DNA of 64,000 nucleotides from the human T2T-CHM13v2.0 reference genome, Homo sapiens. The stretch lies in NCBI RefSeq assembly GCF_009914755.1, contig NC_060926.1, one strand, 5' to 3'. Positions 1 through 20,579 of the stretch are shown here, one piece after another. The number at the start of each line of letters is the position of its first letter. The stretch's first letter is position 1. Under the pieces are notes generated by a model. That model was not told the origin of the DNA, searched no databases, and was given only the letters and a program-made list of their open reading frames with translations. The position numbers were made by a program, and so were the translations under genes.

Positions 1-335
<335 letters not shown>

Positions 336-750
336 TAATCTAAATTTTTTACTCATATCGTGGAATATTATATAGCTGGTAAAAAGGAAGTAGATCTGTG
401 TGTATGCCATGAACTGACAAAGCAAGTGGCAGTACATTTCACATTTATTAAAAAGTAAAGTAAAAAGTATAGTATAGATTATGTTTTAAATATTACATAT
501 CTATTATGTATGTAATTTTTAAAAATATATATTCCTAGTGCATGTCTCAAGTGGTTTGGGGCAAAGCCTGAAGACTTGTTTTTTAAACAGATCTTTTCAG
601 GAATTCTGATGCCAGCCCAGGTTTCAGAATCATTGCAATGTTGGATTGCCTTAAATAAAGTACCCTTTTTCTTTTCTCCAGGGCCTGGAAATTTACACTC
701 CAAGATTCTAGGACAAACACAGTAAGTTGCTAATGGCAATCACCAATAAT

Positions 751-1077
<327 letters not shown>

Positions 1078-1802
1078 TAACAATTGGAGAATGGGGAAAA
1101 CGGGTTTCTTGACCATCTGGCCACGAATGGGCAGGTAGTGCTGGGCAGGGCGCCTTTTGCCAACAGTGAGCAAGCTGGGTTTGTCAAATGTTTGGCAGGA
1201 GGGACCCTGCTCTTACAGGCATGCTTGTTCCAGTGTTGCTTTCTAGAAATGCTTGTATTTCTCAAAGTTCTGCAACACTTTGAATTGTGCTGTGGTTTGC
1301 AGTAAAGGCTTAGAAAGAACTGCAGGATCCTTTTCACGCATGGGAGCTCAGCCTGTGAAACAAACATTTTTGTGACTTGTACTTGTCTCTCGTCCTGTTT
1401 CTGGCCTTAGGAGGTCACTGAGACAGTGAACCTCATTTGTAGAGCCTCGTAATGCTGTCTTTATCTGTCAGTGATCAAGGGAGTGTGTTACTCTGGTCAG
1501 AGTTTTCATTCTTTAGATGGGATTTTTCCCTCCTTTATTAATCTGTAAGAAAAGAAGAAGGTGGATTAAGCTTACAGAAGAATGTGTGCATGTGGGAGAA
1601 GAAAGTAAAAGGCTTAATATCCTAATAGCGTCAGTGTTCTCTTCCTTTGTTAGCACACAACAACTTCATTCTAAGCTTACTCTACAGCCGCAGTTACCTT
1701 TTCTTCATGAAAATCCCCTTTTTTTTTTTTTTTTTTGGGTAAAATTAGCATTAACAATCCATACAGTTAAGGGCAAGCTCCCCAAATGATTCTTTGTGTG
1801 GA

Positions 1803-2092
1803 TTTTTTTTTTTTTGAGACAGTCTCACTCTGTCGCCCAGGCCAGAGTGCAGTGGAGCGATCTCGGCTCACTGCAACCTCTGCCTCCTGGGTTCAAGCAG
1901 TTCTCCTGCCTCAGAATCCTGAATAGCTGGGATTACAGGCACGTGCCACCACGCCCAGCTAATTTTTGTATTTTTAGTAGAGATGGGGTTTCATCATGTT
2001 GGTCAGGCTGGTCTCAACTCCTGACCTAGTGATCTGCCTGCCTTGGCCTCCCAAAATGCTGTGATTAAAGGCATGAGCCATTGCGCCTGGCC
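1803..2092 (-). mobile_element. Alu (AluS-like)
   Basis: Antisense Alu dimer. Confidence 0.92.
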
Positions 2093-2275
2093 ACTTTTTC
2101 TTTTTTTTTAAAGAGCTAACATGTTTTTCTTTAAATTATACTGGGGAGTAATTTAATGAAGAATTTTGTTTTTTAAGGTAAAAAACAGACTTATGTATAG
2201 GACATATCTCTTGATACATTTTAGATTGTAGAGTTTTTATTTGTGAATAAAGGACTGTTGAGAGTGCTGTAACAT

Positions 2276-2561
2276 CTTTATTTTTTTGGAGACAGTCTCG
2301 CCTTGTTGCCTGGGCTGGAGTGCAGTGACTTGATCTTGGCTCACTGCAGTCTCGAGCTCCTGGGCTCGAGTGATCCTTGAGACTTAGCCTTCTGAGTAGC
2401 TGGGGCCATAAGCACCATGCCCAGTTAATTTCTTGTTTTTTGTAGAGATGAGCTCTCCCTCTGTTGCCTAGGCTGGCCTTGGAACTCCTGGGCTCTAGTG
2501 ATCCTCTCACCCAGCCTCCCCAAAGTGTTGGGATTATAGGTGTGAGCCATTGCACCTGGCC
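2276..2561 (-). mobile_element. Alu (AluJ-like)
   Basis: Antisense Alu flanked by repeated tgtaacatcttt (TSD). Confidence 0.9.
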
Positions 2562-2863
2562 TGATGTAACATCTTTTAAAAGGCATTGGGTAACAGTGGG
2601 GCCTCTGAGTGCCTTCCTGGCTGTGAGAGCTGTAGTCCTGTTAGGGGCCGAGTGAGGACCACTTTGCTCTTGCATTTAGAGGATACCAGAATAGGGGTGG
2701 GGGCCCCCACTGGACTGGGGGAGTTTTTCCTGTTTTGCAGAGAGCTATGTATCTTTTTGTTTTTTTAAATTTTTAATTTGCTAAATAAAAGGGACAATGC
2801 ACAGCATCGAGCACACAGCTGCTGGGAAGCTGTCCTGTCCTCACCCTCTCCTGTCTCCCGCAG

Positions 2864-2953
2864 GCGTATGTGGGCTCTGCAGTCATGACCGATGAGACAT
2901 CCGTGGTTTCCTCACCTCCACCATACACGGCCTATGCTGCACCGGCCCCTGAG
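2864..2953 (+). CDS. PLEKHB2: PLEKHB2 internal coding exon (AYVGSAVMTDETSVVSSPPPYTAYAAPAPE), contains a PPxY motif
   Basis: Pyrimidine tract and CAG acceptor at 2861-2863; 90-nt exon whose translation matches evectin-2 after the PH domain; GAG|GTAGGG donor; alternative donor CAG|GTGAG after 2977. Confidence 0.97.
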
Positions 2954-3409
2954 GTAGGGAGAACCCTGAGCCTCCAGGTGAGGGAAGTTTGGGGTCTCTG
3001 CTGCTGTCCTGCTTTGTTTTGTTTTTTTAAATGAAATTAGAAATGTACTCTAAACCTTTTCTTCTTAAAACAGATGATTTCTTATCAACGTTTGTTTTCA
3101 TGAAATGAAGCAACTATTTTATATAGTTCAGCACATTATAATGTGCTGTATTAATGTGTAACACGTTTTTAAGATAGATCTAAAAATGCATCATGTTAAT
3201 GATAGTTGCCTTGGGTAATGAGATTTTGATGATCTGTAGTTTATATGGAATGAATTATTTGAATTCTCCTTATAGTCAGAAAAAAATGCTATATTTTAGG
3301 GAAAATAACCTTAAAAAATCATGTCAAATACATTGGGATGTCCTCTTGTTGGGGTGCTGACTGAGCTAGTGGAACGTATGTAAGTCTGTTGTGTGGAACA
3401 CGCAGCTTT

Positions 3410-9350
<5,941 letters not shown>

Positions 9351-10128
9351 AGTGGGAGTCTTGTCTCCTGCTTTTGTAAGATAACAGGTTTAGATCTACA
9401 CACATGTTTGCCTGGCTACAACTCTGTTCTCCCTTATCAGAGCACTTGTCACAGAACGACATTAGTTGTGCAAGTATGTCTGATCTCCTCTCAACCTGTG
9501 AGTATGCAAGGAAGGCCAGTCTTTGATTTCAGTATTTCTCAGCACACAGTGGTCATTCACTGCCAGTGGAGGTGGGTCTGCTGCATGTTTCTCGCCATGT
9601 CTTTTCATAGGTGTGTGCAGCCAGAACACCATCAGTCACCTGCCCAGGTGCCACACCTCAGGGCACCCTCATCTTCCATATTGTGCCTGGAATTGCTGAA
9701 TTTGGGCCAGAGAGGGTTCCGCTTCTAGGCTGGCTTTGCCTGCAGAATAGTGGTTTTGGTGAATCTCATTATCACCTGGTCCAACCTTATCATTTTACAG
9801 ATGGGCAAAGGAAGGCCCAGGTGACTTACTGAAGGTCAGGTTAACAGCACAGCTGAATTGAAATCCAAATCTCATGCAAGTCCAGTTCTCTTCTTTTGTT
9901 GTGTTTTTCTGCCTTCTTCATTCTGTAGCCTGAAAGTGGACTCCAATTGTAGCTTTTGTTTGTTTTTTAGTAATTTTAAAACGGGGGGCCTAACCACACT
10001 GTTTCATGTTTTGTTTTGTTTTTTTTAATTGACTGTTGAATTTTATTGATTGCAACCTGGAGACCACAATTTTAATACATTACCAGAGGTTTCACAATTG
10101 TATTTCTAATGGGCCTGTTTCTTTTCAG

Positions 10129-10237
10129 CAGGCTTATGGCTATGGGCCATACGGTGGTGCGTACCCGCCAGGAACTCAAGTTGTCTACGCTGCGAATGGG
10201 CAGGCGTATGCCGTGCCCTACCAGTACCCATATGCAG
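10129..10237 (+). CDS. PLEKHB2: PLEKHB2 penultimate coding exon (QAYGYGPYGGAYPPGTQVVYAANGQAYAVPYQYPYA)
   Basis: ttttCAG|CAG tandem acceptor; 109 nt; CAG|GTAACT donor; the peptide lies within ORF 10036..10287 and continues in phase into the next exon. Confidence 0.97.
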
Positions 10238-11319
10238 GTAACTCACGCCGGCCTTTCATTCCTCATTTCTCTCCATTTGCTGAGTAGACCAGAGAGACCT
10301 GTAAACGTTTTTATTTTTCAGTTTAAGGTTACATGAGCTATATTTTCTGGTTGTAGACTACAAATCACTCTGTTACTATGCTTTAAGAAAGCCTTTGGTA
10401 GTTTCATACTGCTCTGCAAAGCTACCGTAGGCTTGATTTTTAGAACTTGGCTTTTGTGTGTAGATTAGTTCTCAGAGAATTTTGTACTTATTGGGATTCA
10501 CTTACATTAAGAAGCAACCAAAGTAAGAGGCCTATTTTAAGGGATGAGAGGTGACCTTTCAGCTGTTCTCCTTCTGGTGATGTCCTTGGAAAGTTGTCAC
10601 TACTGAGGTGATGTTCTGTTTCACAGTGGAGTACAGGCCTGGAAGGGCTTGTATTTATTCTGGGCTTGGAGTCTGTTCTTTCTGTTCTTCACCTCACATG
10701 AAACACTTGGCAGGCATGAGTAACTGGTGTAGAGGTATCATGTCCAGGTCTCCTGGGCAAGGGGGTTGGCAGGGTGGAGGTGTGGGACAATGCTGGCCAC
10801 TGCTGGAACTGCAGTGAGGGTGGGGAGGGCAGAGCTGTGGCCGATGGCCACTGTGAAGTGAGGCTGGGCAGGCGCAGTGGGCACAGCACCATAGTGCAGG
10901 ATGCACAGGTGGGTGGGCTGGAGCCAGAGGCTGAGCTCAGGAGAGACAGGAATGTGGGGGTTTGCAGGAGGAGGAGTAGTCCCGGGCTGTGAGCAAAACT
11001 AGCATGGTGTCTCAGCGCAGAGGCAGTGGGAGACGAGCTGGTACCAGAAACGTGGGTCACTAATAGTGGTGCCCAGAGAAGTCAAGGAGGCCTCTGGGTT
11101 ACAATCTTAGATGGTGTCCTTGTAGTTGTTGGTGGTTGCTTTGGCTTTTGATGCATTTAGCACTTAAAATGGATTCTGGAGTAGAAATAGAGAAATCTCG
11201 TACTCCTGTGTTCTGGGAATCTGAGGCACATTCACTCAACTAGCACGGACTTTGGAGGATCCTGCTTTGCTTGACTTTTTTTCATGTCAAGTTGAAAACC
11301 ATTAAAATGATAATAAGTA

Positions 11320-11622
11320 GTCCGGGCACGGTGGCTCACGCCTGTAATCCCAGCACTTTGGGAGGCTGAGGCGGGTGGATCATGAGGTCAGGAGATCGAG
11401 ACCATCCTGGCTAACACAGTGAAACCCCATCTCTACTAAAAATACAAAAAAATTAGCTGGGCATGGTGGCGGGCACCTATAGTTCCAGCTACTCGGGAGG
11501 CTGAGGCTGCAGGATGGCATGAACCCGGGAGGCGGAGCTTGCAGTGAGCCGACATCGTGTCACTGAACTCCAGCCTGGGCGACAGAACGAGACTCCGTCT
11601 CAAAAAAAAAAAAAAAAAAAAA
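11320..11622 (+). mobile_element. Alu (AluY-like)
   Basis: gagatcgagaccatcctggctaacac diagnostic, long poly-A. Confidence 0.93.
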
Positions 11623-11691
11623 GTAATTATGACAGATTAAATATTTGTCCATTGTCTTGTGAGCCTAGCACAAATACATTTGTTTGAATTA

Positions 11692-12257
11692 CAGTAAGTC
11701 CTCACTTAACATCAACAGTAGATTCTTGGAAACTGTTACTTTCCATGAAACAACATATGATGAAACCAATTTTATGGTAGACTAATTGGTATAAACAAGA
11801 GTTAAGTTTCTGTTGCTTATTTCTGGTCACAAAAACATCACCACTTCTAATATTAACCATTGAAATTAATGTGAGCCATACATACATGTAAGATTAATAA
11901 AGACAAGTAAAATAATTACCTAGTTATTTCAGTTCATGGCCCATGGGTGGCTGGACCCTCTCCCAGCAGCTCAGGGCTTAAGGTGGGAATCCACCATGGA
12001 TAGGATGCTATCTCATTGCAGGGCACACTCACCCACACCCCCTCTCACTCTGGGACAGTTTAGATACGCCGATTCACCTAAGGGGCACATCTTTGGGATG
12101 GGAAGGAACTGAACTATCCCAAGAAAACCATGCAAACATGGAAAAAACCTTCACACTCCACACAGGCGGTGCCCCAGAGGGGAATCCATTCTTTTCTTCT
12201 TATCAATGTTATAATGAAACTACATTAAATGAAACAGTGTTATTTGAGGACCTCCTG
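11692..12257 (+). mobile_element. TcMar-Tigger non-autonomous DNA transposon (MER82-like)
   Basis: TA|cagtaagtcctca ... tgaggacctcctg|TA imperfect terminal inverted repeats (TIRs) with TA TSD. Confidence 0.75.
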
Positions 12258-12526
12258 TACTTCCTCCATATAAAATATTTTCTCCTTATAATCATGCATT
12301 GTATTTCTAGTCTTGTTTTTAAATTATATGTATTGAATCCCAAGTGCTATGTAATACTCCTAAGTATTTTTAGTAATTGCCTATTATCATATTGGGTGAT
12401 GTATTATTAAACCTTCCAGTATTGGCTGTTTTTTTCCTCTCTTTTTTTTTGCTATTGTAGATACTTCTTTGAACATCTTTAATCATTTTCCTTTTTGTTC
12501 TTATTGAATATGCATTAGAATATGTT

Positions 12527-12817
<291 letters not shown>

Positions 12818-12868
12818 TAGAATCTAGTTCTTTTTTTCTCCCCCCCAACTAGACTCTATCTCTATATG

Positions 12869-13230
12869 CAGGCAGGCCCCAACTCAGGATGGTTTGACTT
12901 AATGATTTTTTGACTTTCCGATGGTGCGAAAACAATGTACATTTAGTAGAAACCGTACTTCAGGTACTCCTACCCCCATTCTGTTTTTCACTTTCAGTAT
13001 AGTACTCATTCAGTTACATGAGATCTTCAACACTTGATTATAATAGGCTTTGTGTTAGTTGATTTTCCCAGCTGCAGACTAATGTTAGTGCTCTGAGCAG
13101 TTGAAGGTAGGCTATGCTAAGCTATGATGTTCGGTAGGTTAGGCGTATTAAATGCATTTTGACTATGATGTTTTCAACTTATGATGGGTTTATTGGGAGG
13201 TAACCCCATTGTAAGTTGAGGAGCATCTCT
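12869..13230 (-). mobile_element. TcMar-Tigger non-autonomous element (MER47A-like)
   Basis: Matches recalled MER47A consensus in reverse (gtaggctatgctaagctatgatgttcggtaggttagg ... accccattgtaagttgaggagcatc). Confidence 0.75.
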
Positions 13231-15292
13231 GTTAACATGTCAGAAGGCATAGACATTTTTGACGGTTTTTTGGGATATGATTTAAAAATGTAAACGTTTT
13301 CAAACATAAAAAATAGGGATGATGGTATAATGAACTATCATATGTCCATCACTGGCTTCAGCAGTTAACCATATCATGTCTAATCTTTTATCTCTACCTC
13401 AGCCTCCTTTCTCTACCTCTGGATTAGTTTAAGGGACATCCCAGATTTTTAATCATTTCATCTGTTAATATTACATTAAATCTGGATAGCATTTTGCCAA
13501 GTTGATCCCAGAATGGTTTACCAACTTATAATGCCACTAGCAGTTACTGATGCAGTGGTTTATCTGTGATCCCATAAAGATGGCCTGTTGTGCTCTAAAA
13601 GTTTTGATAGCTTCAGTAGGTCTCAAGTGGAATCATCGAGTTGCTTTAGTTTATATCACCTTTTATGAATAATTTTCCTTTGCACATTTTTCTGTTGGGA
13701 TCCCATGGGATGGAGAGTTTTAAGCCCTAGCCTTGCCACATGAGAGCCAGCCTCTTTCTCAGCTTCCAGCCCACAGAATAGGGCTGTTGCCGCTGTTTCT
13801 TACTGTATAGAGAGCACAGATATTGCAGACGTGGTTGTTTAGGGCACTTCTGGAAATGAGTCCATCCTTGCCCTTGGCTCTCGTCAGTAGAGTAGAAGTA
13901 GCACTCTCACAGGCAGTACTCGGAATGCTTGCCGCCCACATAAGGGGCTGAGTCAGTAGGCATTATGGCCAGCCTGCCTCAGAGTGGTGACCAGGCAGCC
14001 CCCAGACTTGCTTGCTGTGGAAGGGTCAAATGGGTTTGTGGTCGATACACAGCAGCTTGTGTTGACAACCAGATGGGTGCTTTGCCACCTCCATGCCATC
14101 CTGTCTGCCAGGGTCTCACTGCCTAGAGCTAGTCCACAAGAACCCTCCTAGTCATGCACAGAGCTGGTTAAGGCTCTCTCTTCAGTGTGATTGGGACCAG
14201 TGGTTGGTCAGCCAATTGAGAAAGTACAGAGTACTGTAGACGTATTGTAAACATTGTGCTGTGATTTAACCCGCTAGTGGGTGTTCGTTCGGCTCTCCTA
14301 TAATGTGGGGTTGAGGTGTTTGCTTTGAGTTGGCTCCTTTGGTTGGAGTCTTCTATTTCTGTCTTGTAGAGACCATCCTCATGACACGTCATTGCACTGC
14401 AGTTTCCAGGGGTAAGTCCAAGAGCAGACTTCTAGATTTGGGGACTATAGTCCTCCCATCCTCCCATCTTTTATAGTTTTCTTAATTCCCTGATTTGATG
14501 GTAATTTGTAAAAGTAACCTTCCTTTATTTAGTTTTTCCTGTAGTATCTTAGTTGCCATAGAAACTGTGTCTGCCTTTTTCTCATTCACATTTTGACCAT
14601 TTATGTAATATTAGTTAAATTAGGCAATTATAATAAGTGTGACCTGGAAGCATCCACAGCTGACTCTGGCAAGGACTGAGCTCAATGCAGGAGCAGAGCT
14701 CAGCAGGAGCCACAAGAGAGTGGCCTGGTCCTGCAGCCAGGGGACCTCAGCATGACTTGCAGGGGCATCAGAATGTAGATTTTCCATGGGACCTTTTCAT
14801 TAGGTCAGCTCACAAGTTCTATTGTGTTACATTTGGCTAGTTGGAGTTAACATTACTGAGCATTTTAAAATGTCAGGGCTGTGAAAGTAAATGCCGTAAT
14901 TCCCTAGTTTTGAAATTTAAACATTGCAAAAATAATCACTTGCTTCCAGTACTGTTACCTGTACCAGATCAGCCCTTAGATTTACGATGGTTTCATTGTA
15001 CTACTCTGTGCCTTTTGAGTTTTGTCATTCATCATCCTCTGTTGTATTTGAGGCATTAGTGGGTATAAATGCATACTGTAGCCAGAGTGCCTGGGTTTGT
15101 GTGCCCTTACTGTCCTTAACTGCTGTGTGCCTCAGTTTGCCCATCTGCAAAATAGGGATAAAAGTGCACTCAGTTGAGTAAGAGCATTCCAATGTATGTA
15201 GTGCTGTAAGTGGCTGGAAATGTTCACCTTTGTTACCACTGCGGGTTTCACTTCTGCTCTTCATCCACATGTGCACATCACTAGTGACTAGT

Positions 15293-15596
15293 TTTTTTTC
15301 TTTTCTTTTTTTGTGTGTTTGAGACAGAGTTGCACTCTGTTGCCCAGACTGGATTGCAGTGACAGGATCTCAACTCACTGCAGCCCCCGCCTCCCAGGTT
15401 CAAGCAATTTTCATGCCTCAGTATGGGATTACAGGCATGCGCCACTACCCCTGGCTAATTTTTTTTTGGTAATTTTTTAAGAGACAGGGTTTCACTGTGT
15501 TGGCCAGGCTGGTCTAAAACTTCCGGCCTCAAGTGATCCACCTGCCTCAGCCTCCCAAAGTGCTGGCATTACAGGTGTGAGCCATCAAGCCTGGCC
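15293..15596 (-). mobile_element. Alu (AluS-like)
   Basis: Antisense Alu. Confidence 0.9.
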
Positions 15597-15857
15597 AGCC
15601 AGCCTTTGAACCATTAAAGGAATAGAGGGTCAAGGAGGAAAGTTAACGCTATTAATACCTGAGCAGTTTGAAAGCTACTTAGCTACTAGGCATTATAGCT
15701 GTGAAGCATGGAAGAGAGCAAACAGTATATTTCCAGTTGTAAATTTTAATCTTGCAAATTAAATACTAAATTTGTCTGTGGTTTGTTTTTTTGAAGTTTT
15801 CACCTCTAACATAAATATTTATTTTTTCTCTATAAAGACATGCAGTAAAAAAGAGTA

Positions 15858-16157
<300 letters not shown>

Positions 16158-16598
16158 TTATATGTGCAGATTTAAGGCTTAATTTAAAAATTGGTTTGCG
16201 TGCATACTAAGAAGCTCATTTGCTTTAAGTGAGCATTTCCTTTTTGGGCTTTTGTTGGGCACTGTGTGTCTCCCATGTTCCCCATTTGTCTGCCACCCAA
16301 TAAGCATGGTGTCGAGGGCTGAAGTAGAAATCAGAGGCTAGAATCTGAAAGCTTCATTAGGGTTCTGCTTTTTGCAGATTAGGGACTTTGGCCCTTAGTG
16401 AGCTGAGGATCTTGGTTTCCTCCCAGTGTGCGGTTTCAGGGATGTCGGCCACATGATGTGCCTGTTGTGGAGGAGGGCTGGGTCGCCAGTGTGACAGGAG
16501 ACAGCAGATCCCTTTTGTGAAAGGAGAACTGGTACTTTGCGTGATGTTAAACTTCACAAACCGCTGCTCAGAAATCTGCTATTTTCCTTCTCTTTTAG

Positions 16599-16735
16599 GA
16601 CTTTATGGACAGCAGCCTGCTAACCAAGTCATCATTCGAGAGCGCTATCGAGACAACGACAGCGACCTGGCACTGGGCATGCTGGCAGGAGCAGCCACGG
16701 GCATGGCCTTAGGGTCTCTATTTTGGGTCTTCTAG
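16599..16735 (+). CDS. PLEKHB2: PLEKHB2 last coding exon (GLYGQQPANQVIIRERYRDNDSDLALGMLAGAATGMALGSLFWVF*), C-terminal hydrophobic membrane anchor
   Basis: tcttttAG acceptor at 16597-16598, phase-1 join (G|GA), TAG stop at 16733-16735; ORF 16517..16735 ends in the evectin-2 C-terminus. Confidence 0.98.
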
Positions 16736-17478
16736 GGGCCTCAAGGTCTTGATGTGCATAGCTTCTGATAACCCTGTGTGCAATAATATGATTTGCAGGG
16801 CATTTCTGTTTGTGACAAAAGTTTTTAATAATAGTTTTAATCATTCCTTTGAAAGTAGTGATGTCATAATTGTACTAATCCACATAAGTACCACAGAGAA
16901 GGGTTTGAACTGTGCTATTTTGTTCAAATGTTGACTCTCCGGGGGCACTGGCTCATTCCAAGACTGTTCTTGTGCAACTCTCAGAATACCTTATTTGAGC
17001 ATACCTGTTTTGAAAGGCATTTTCTTTTTAGAGTTAGGTGTAGTGCTTAAGGGTTAATTTATTTTCATGTTATGCCAGTAATATAGTGTTGTATGCCTAT
17101 TGAGTGATTGTGGCAAGAAAAGCTACAGCTTCTTTGCGTTTAACTTTTTCAAACCACAGACCAGAACTGGTTGCATGTTACTTTAGGAGTTGTGGGTTGG
17201 TAAGCTCCCAGGTACTTCCCGAGGCTATGGTGTGAGAGCCCCCGTCCTGCCCTCTGGGGCTCCACAGGCCCCTGGCAAGGCCGATGGCTCAGGATGATGG
17301 GGCACAGCCCGCCTTTGAACAATCATGCTTCAGAAATCTGCCTGACCCTAGCTGCTGCTGCTGCTCACTTTATTCTTGTATGGCTTTGGTAGGCATACTT
17401 GGAGAACATATCCCACATTAGGAATTGATTTAAGCCTGAGAGTTTGAGGGCTTTAATCCTTTAAAACTTGGAGAAGCT

Positions 17479-17879
<401 letters not shown>

Positions 17880-19786
17880 CTATTTTTCTACTTGCTGAGA
17901 GAGTAATATTAAAGGAACAGTGAGGGAGTGGAAGGAGAGCCTTAGTTAGAGCGTTCCCATTTCTGGCCTTTGGGGGTTTGCACTGTGCGGGAGATGCTCT
18001 CTCATCACTCTGAAGGCCCATCCTGTGCAGAAGTGGGACTCTGTGGCTGTTCACTGAGCACCAGGGCAGACTGTAGCTGAGCAGACTTGGGTTATGGATG
18101 GGATATGGGGCCCAGGGACCCTCAGGACACAGGGACCGGCTCAAGGTACCACTCAGCCTGGCCAGGACCCCCAGCTTTGCTTTTGTTCTTGATCTCTTTG
18201 TGATAGAGAAGCTTAGAACATTGAATTTGGAACCCCAAAATGTGTGAGTCTTTGGAAAACCCATTCCAGCCTTTCTTCAAATGCTCTTATTTTCAGTATA
18301 TGAAGTGTGTATTTGAAATATTCATATTTCTGTTATTTCTTGTTTTCAAGCTCTGAATTATTGCAGTTTTCTGTCCTGCATGCTTTCAACAGTGTGCTTT
18401 TACAGTGGCAGTTTAGCACAGCGAATGTCCCTGCCCCACACTCCATATGGTCCTGTTTTCCTGAAAATACACTCCAGGTAGCACAGACTTGTTATTTTGC
18501 CTGGCTGGTTACACACATGCTGTCTTGCTTTGCTGCTCAGCCACCTCCCTCTGAGGCCAACTTAGGCCAACCTACATAGGACTCCATCTTTAGCGAGACA
18601 CCAGAGACACCTAGTGATGACCACGGGTCTGCTTTTCTCTGTGATCCTAGGGGACTTGTTGACATGGGAGTGTCTGTTTCCACATGGAAGGATGTCTGTT
18701 TATCTCTCATCTCTGAATAGATGTATGACAACTCTAGTGTCCATGGTTTAAAATGTTGCTTTGAGGATTTTCCATCCTGTATAAGAAGAATGGCTTTCTT
18801 CAGATTATAATCGTTATTAAAGCTGTATGTACACTTTACTTAAAAACTATTAACAGTTTTTCATGTTGCACTGGTGGTAATTTTGAACTTGGAATTACTG
18901 GGTGGGAATTCCAGGAACCACAGAGTATTGATTTTTGCTGCCAAAATGCTCTTGAAGCAGATGTCCCTGTGCTCCCCTGGCTGCTTCTGGCTGAAGGGGG
19001 GAGGTGTAGACTGAAGCTTGGGCACTCATGTGTGTCCCCTCCCCAGTCCCCATCCTAGTGGGGCCAGTCTCATTAGGCAGCCATAGATAAGCCTGGAACT
19101 TGGCTGTCATTAGTGACTTGATCCTGGTATGAAATGCATACTGGGTATAAGGTTGCTCAGGTATTTTATTTCCTTGGCCACAACTCCCATAGATGCCAAT
19201 GTTTTGATAGCCTCAGTTTCTCAACGATGTCTTTTGTTTACAGTGCTACACTTAGTGTGAGTCAAGAAGTGCTTGAGTTACAAGAAACTTCTTATTCAGG
19301 TTTGAGTAAGCATTTTACTTCCATGTGTACTTTTAAATAATCCATACCTTGAAGAAGTTGGCCAATGATATTATATACATGCTGATCTGATTGTTCTTTT
19401 CATTCCTTGAGTCAACTTCAGGGTCTTGGATACTAAAGAGAAGGAGAACTGTGGTTAATGTTTTGGATCATCATTTGTGAACAAGGCCAGACTTTGCCCA
19501 TTTTAGGCTATCCAGGACTTAAGGTAGCCATCTGGATCATAAGAAGGTCCTGCAGTTGAGACAAAATGACCCAAGTGTATTTTCCACAAGTTTTGATCCT
19601 GTGTAATATTTCTTTTTCCTTCCCTAGTGTATGTAGATACAAGGCATGGAATGCAGTTCCACTTTCTCCCCAGAGTTGATCTTTTTGTGATTGCTTTCCC
19701 GTCTCTAGTAGTATTCTGTTGTGTCTAGAGAACTGATTTTTTCCTACATACGCAAATTGTACATTTGTAAGTGAAAATGTCAATAC

Positions 19787-19792
19787 ATTAAA
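19787..19792 (+). terminator. Probable PLEKHB2 polyadenylation signal ATTAAA
   Basis: ATTAAA with upstream TGTA motifs (tgtacatttgta) and a downstream GT/T-rich element (ttgtgacttctgttgtcttt). Confidence 0.7.
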
Positions 19793-20223
19793 GCATTAAC
19801 CTTAAAGCATGTTTCATTGTGACTTCTGTTGTCTTTAAAAAATTACTTTGTAGTAACATACTCTCAGCTTTTTCTGCTGTCCTGGATCATAAGAATGCCA
19901 TTTATTGAGGACCTACCAAATGCTAGTATATTGTCACATTAGAGACAACTCACTGAATTCTTAGTGACTCTGTAAGGGAGGTATTATCCAAGTTCCACTG
20001 GAGGGACCGAGGCTCAGAAGTTAAATAATTTACTCAGGAGCGTGCAGGTAGTAGGTCTCCACATCTGATGTTAAAACGCCTTGTTGTTCCCTGTGCCGTG
20101 TGCATATGAGAATTTGATTTCCACAAACAGCAGTGGCCCGTGCAGTCACACTCTTGGGATGGCTGTGAGAAAACGGACACTATTTTTCCCAACCAGATCC
20201 CTCTGGCAGTGTGTGTCCAATAA

Positions 20224-20579
<356 letters not shown>

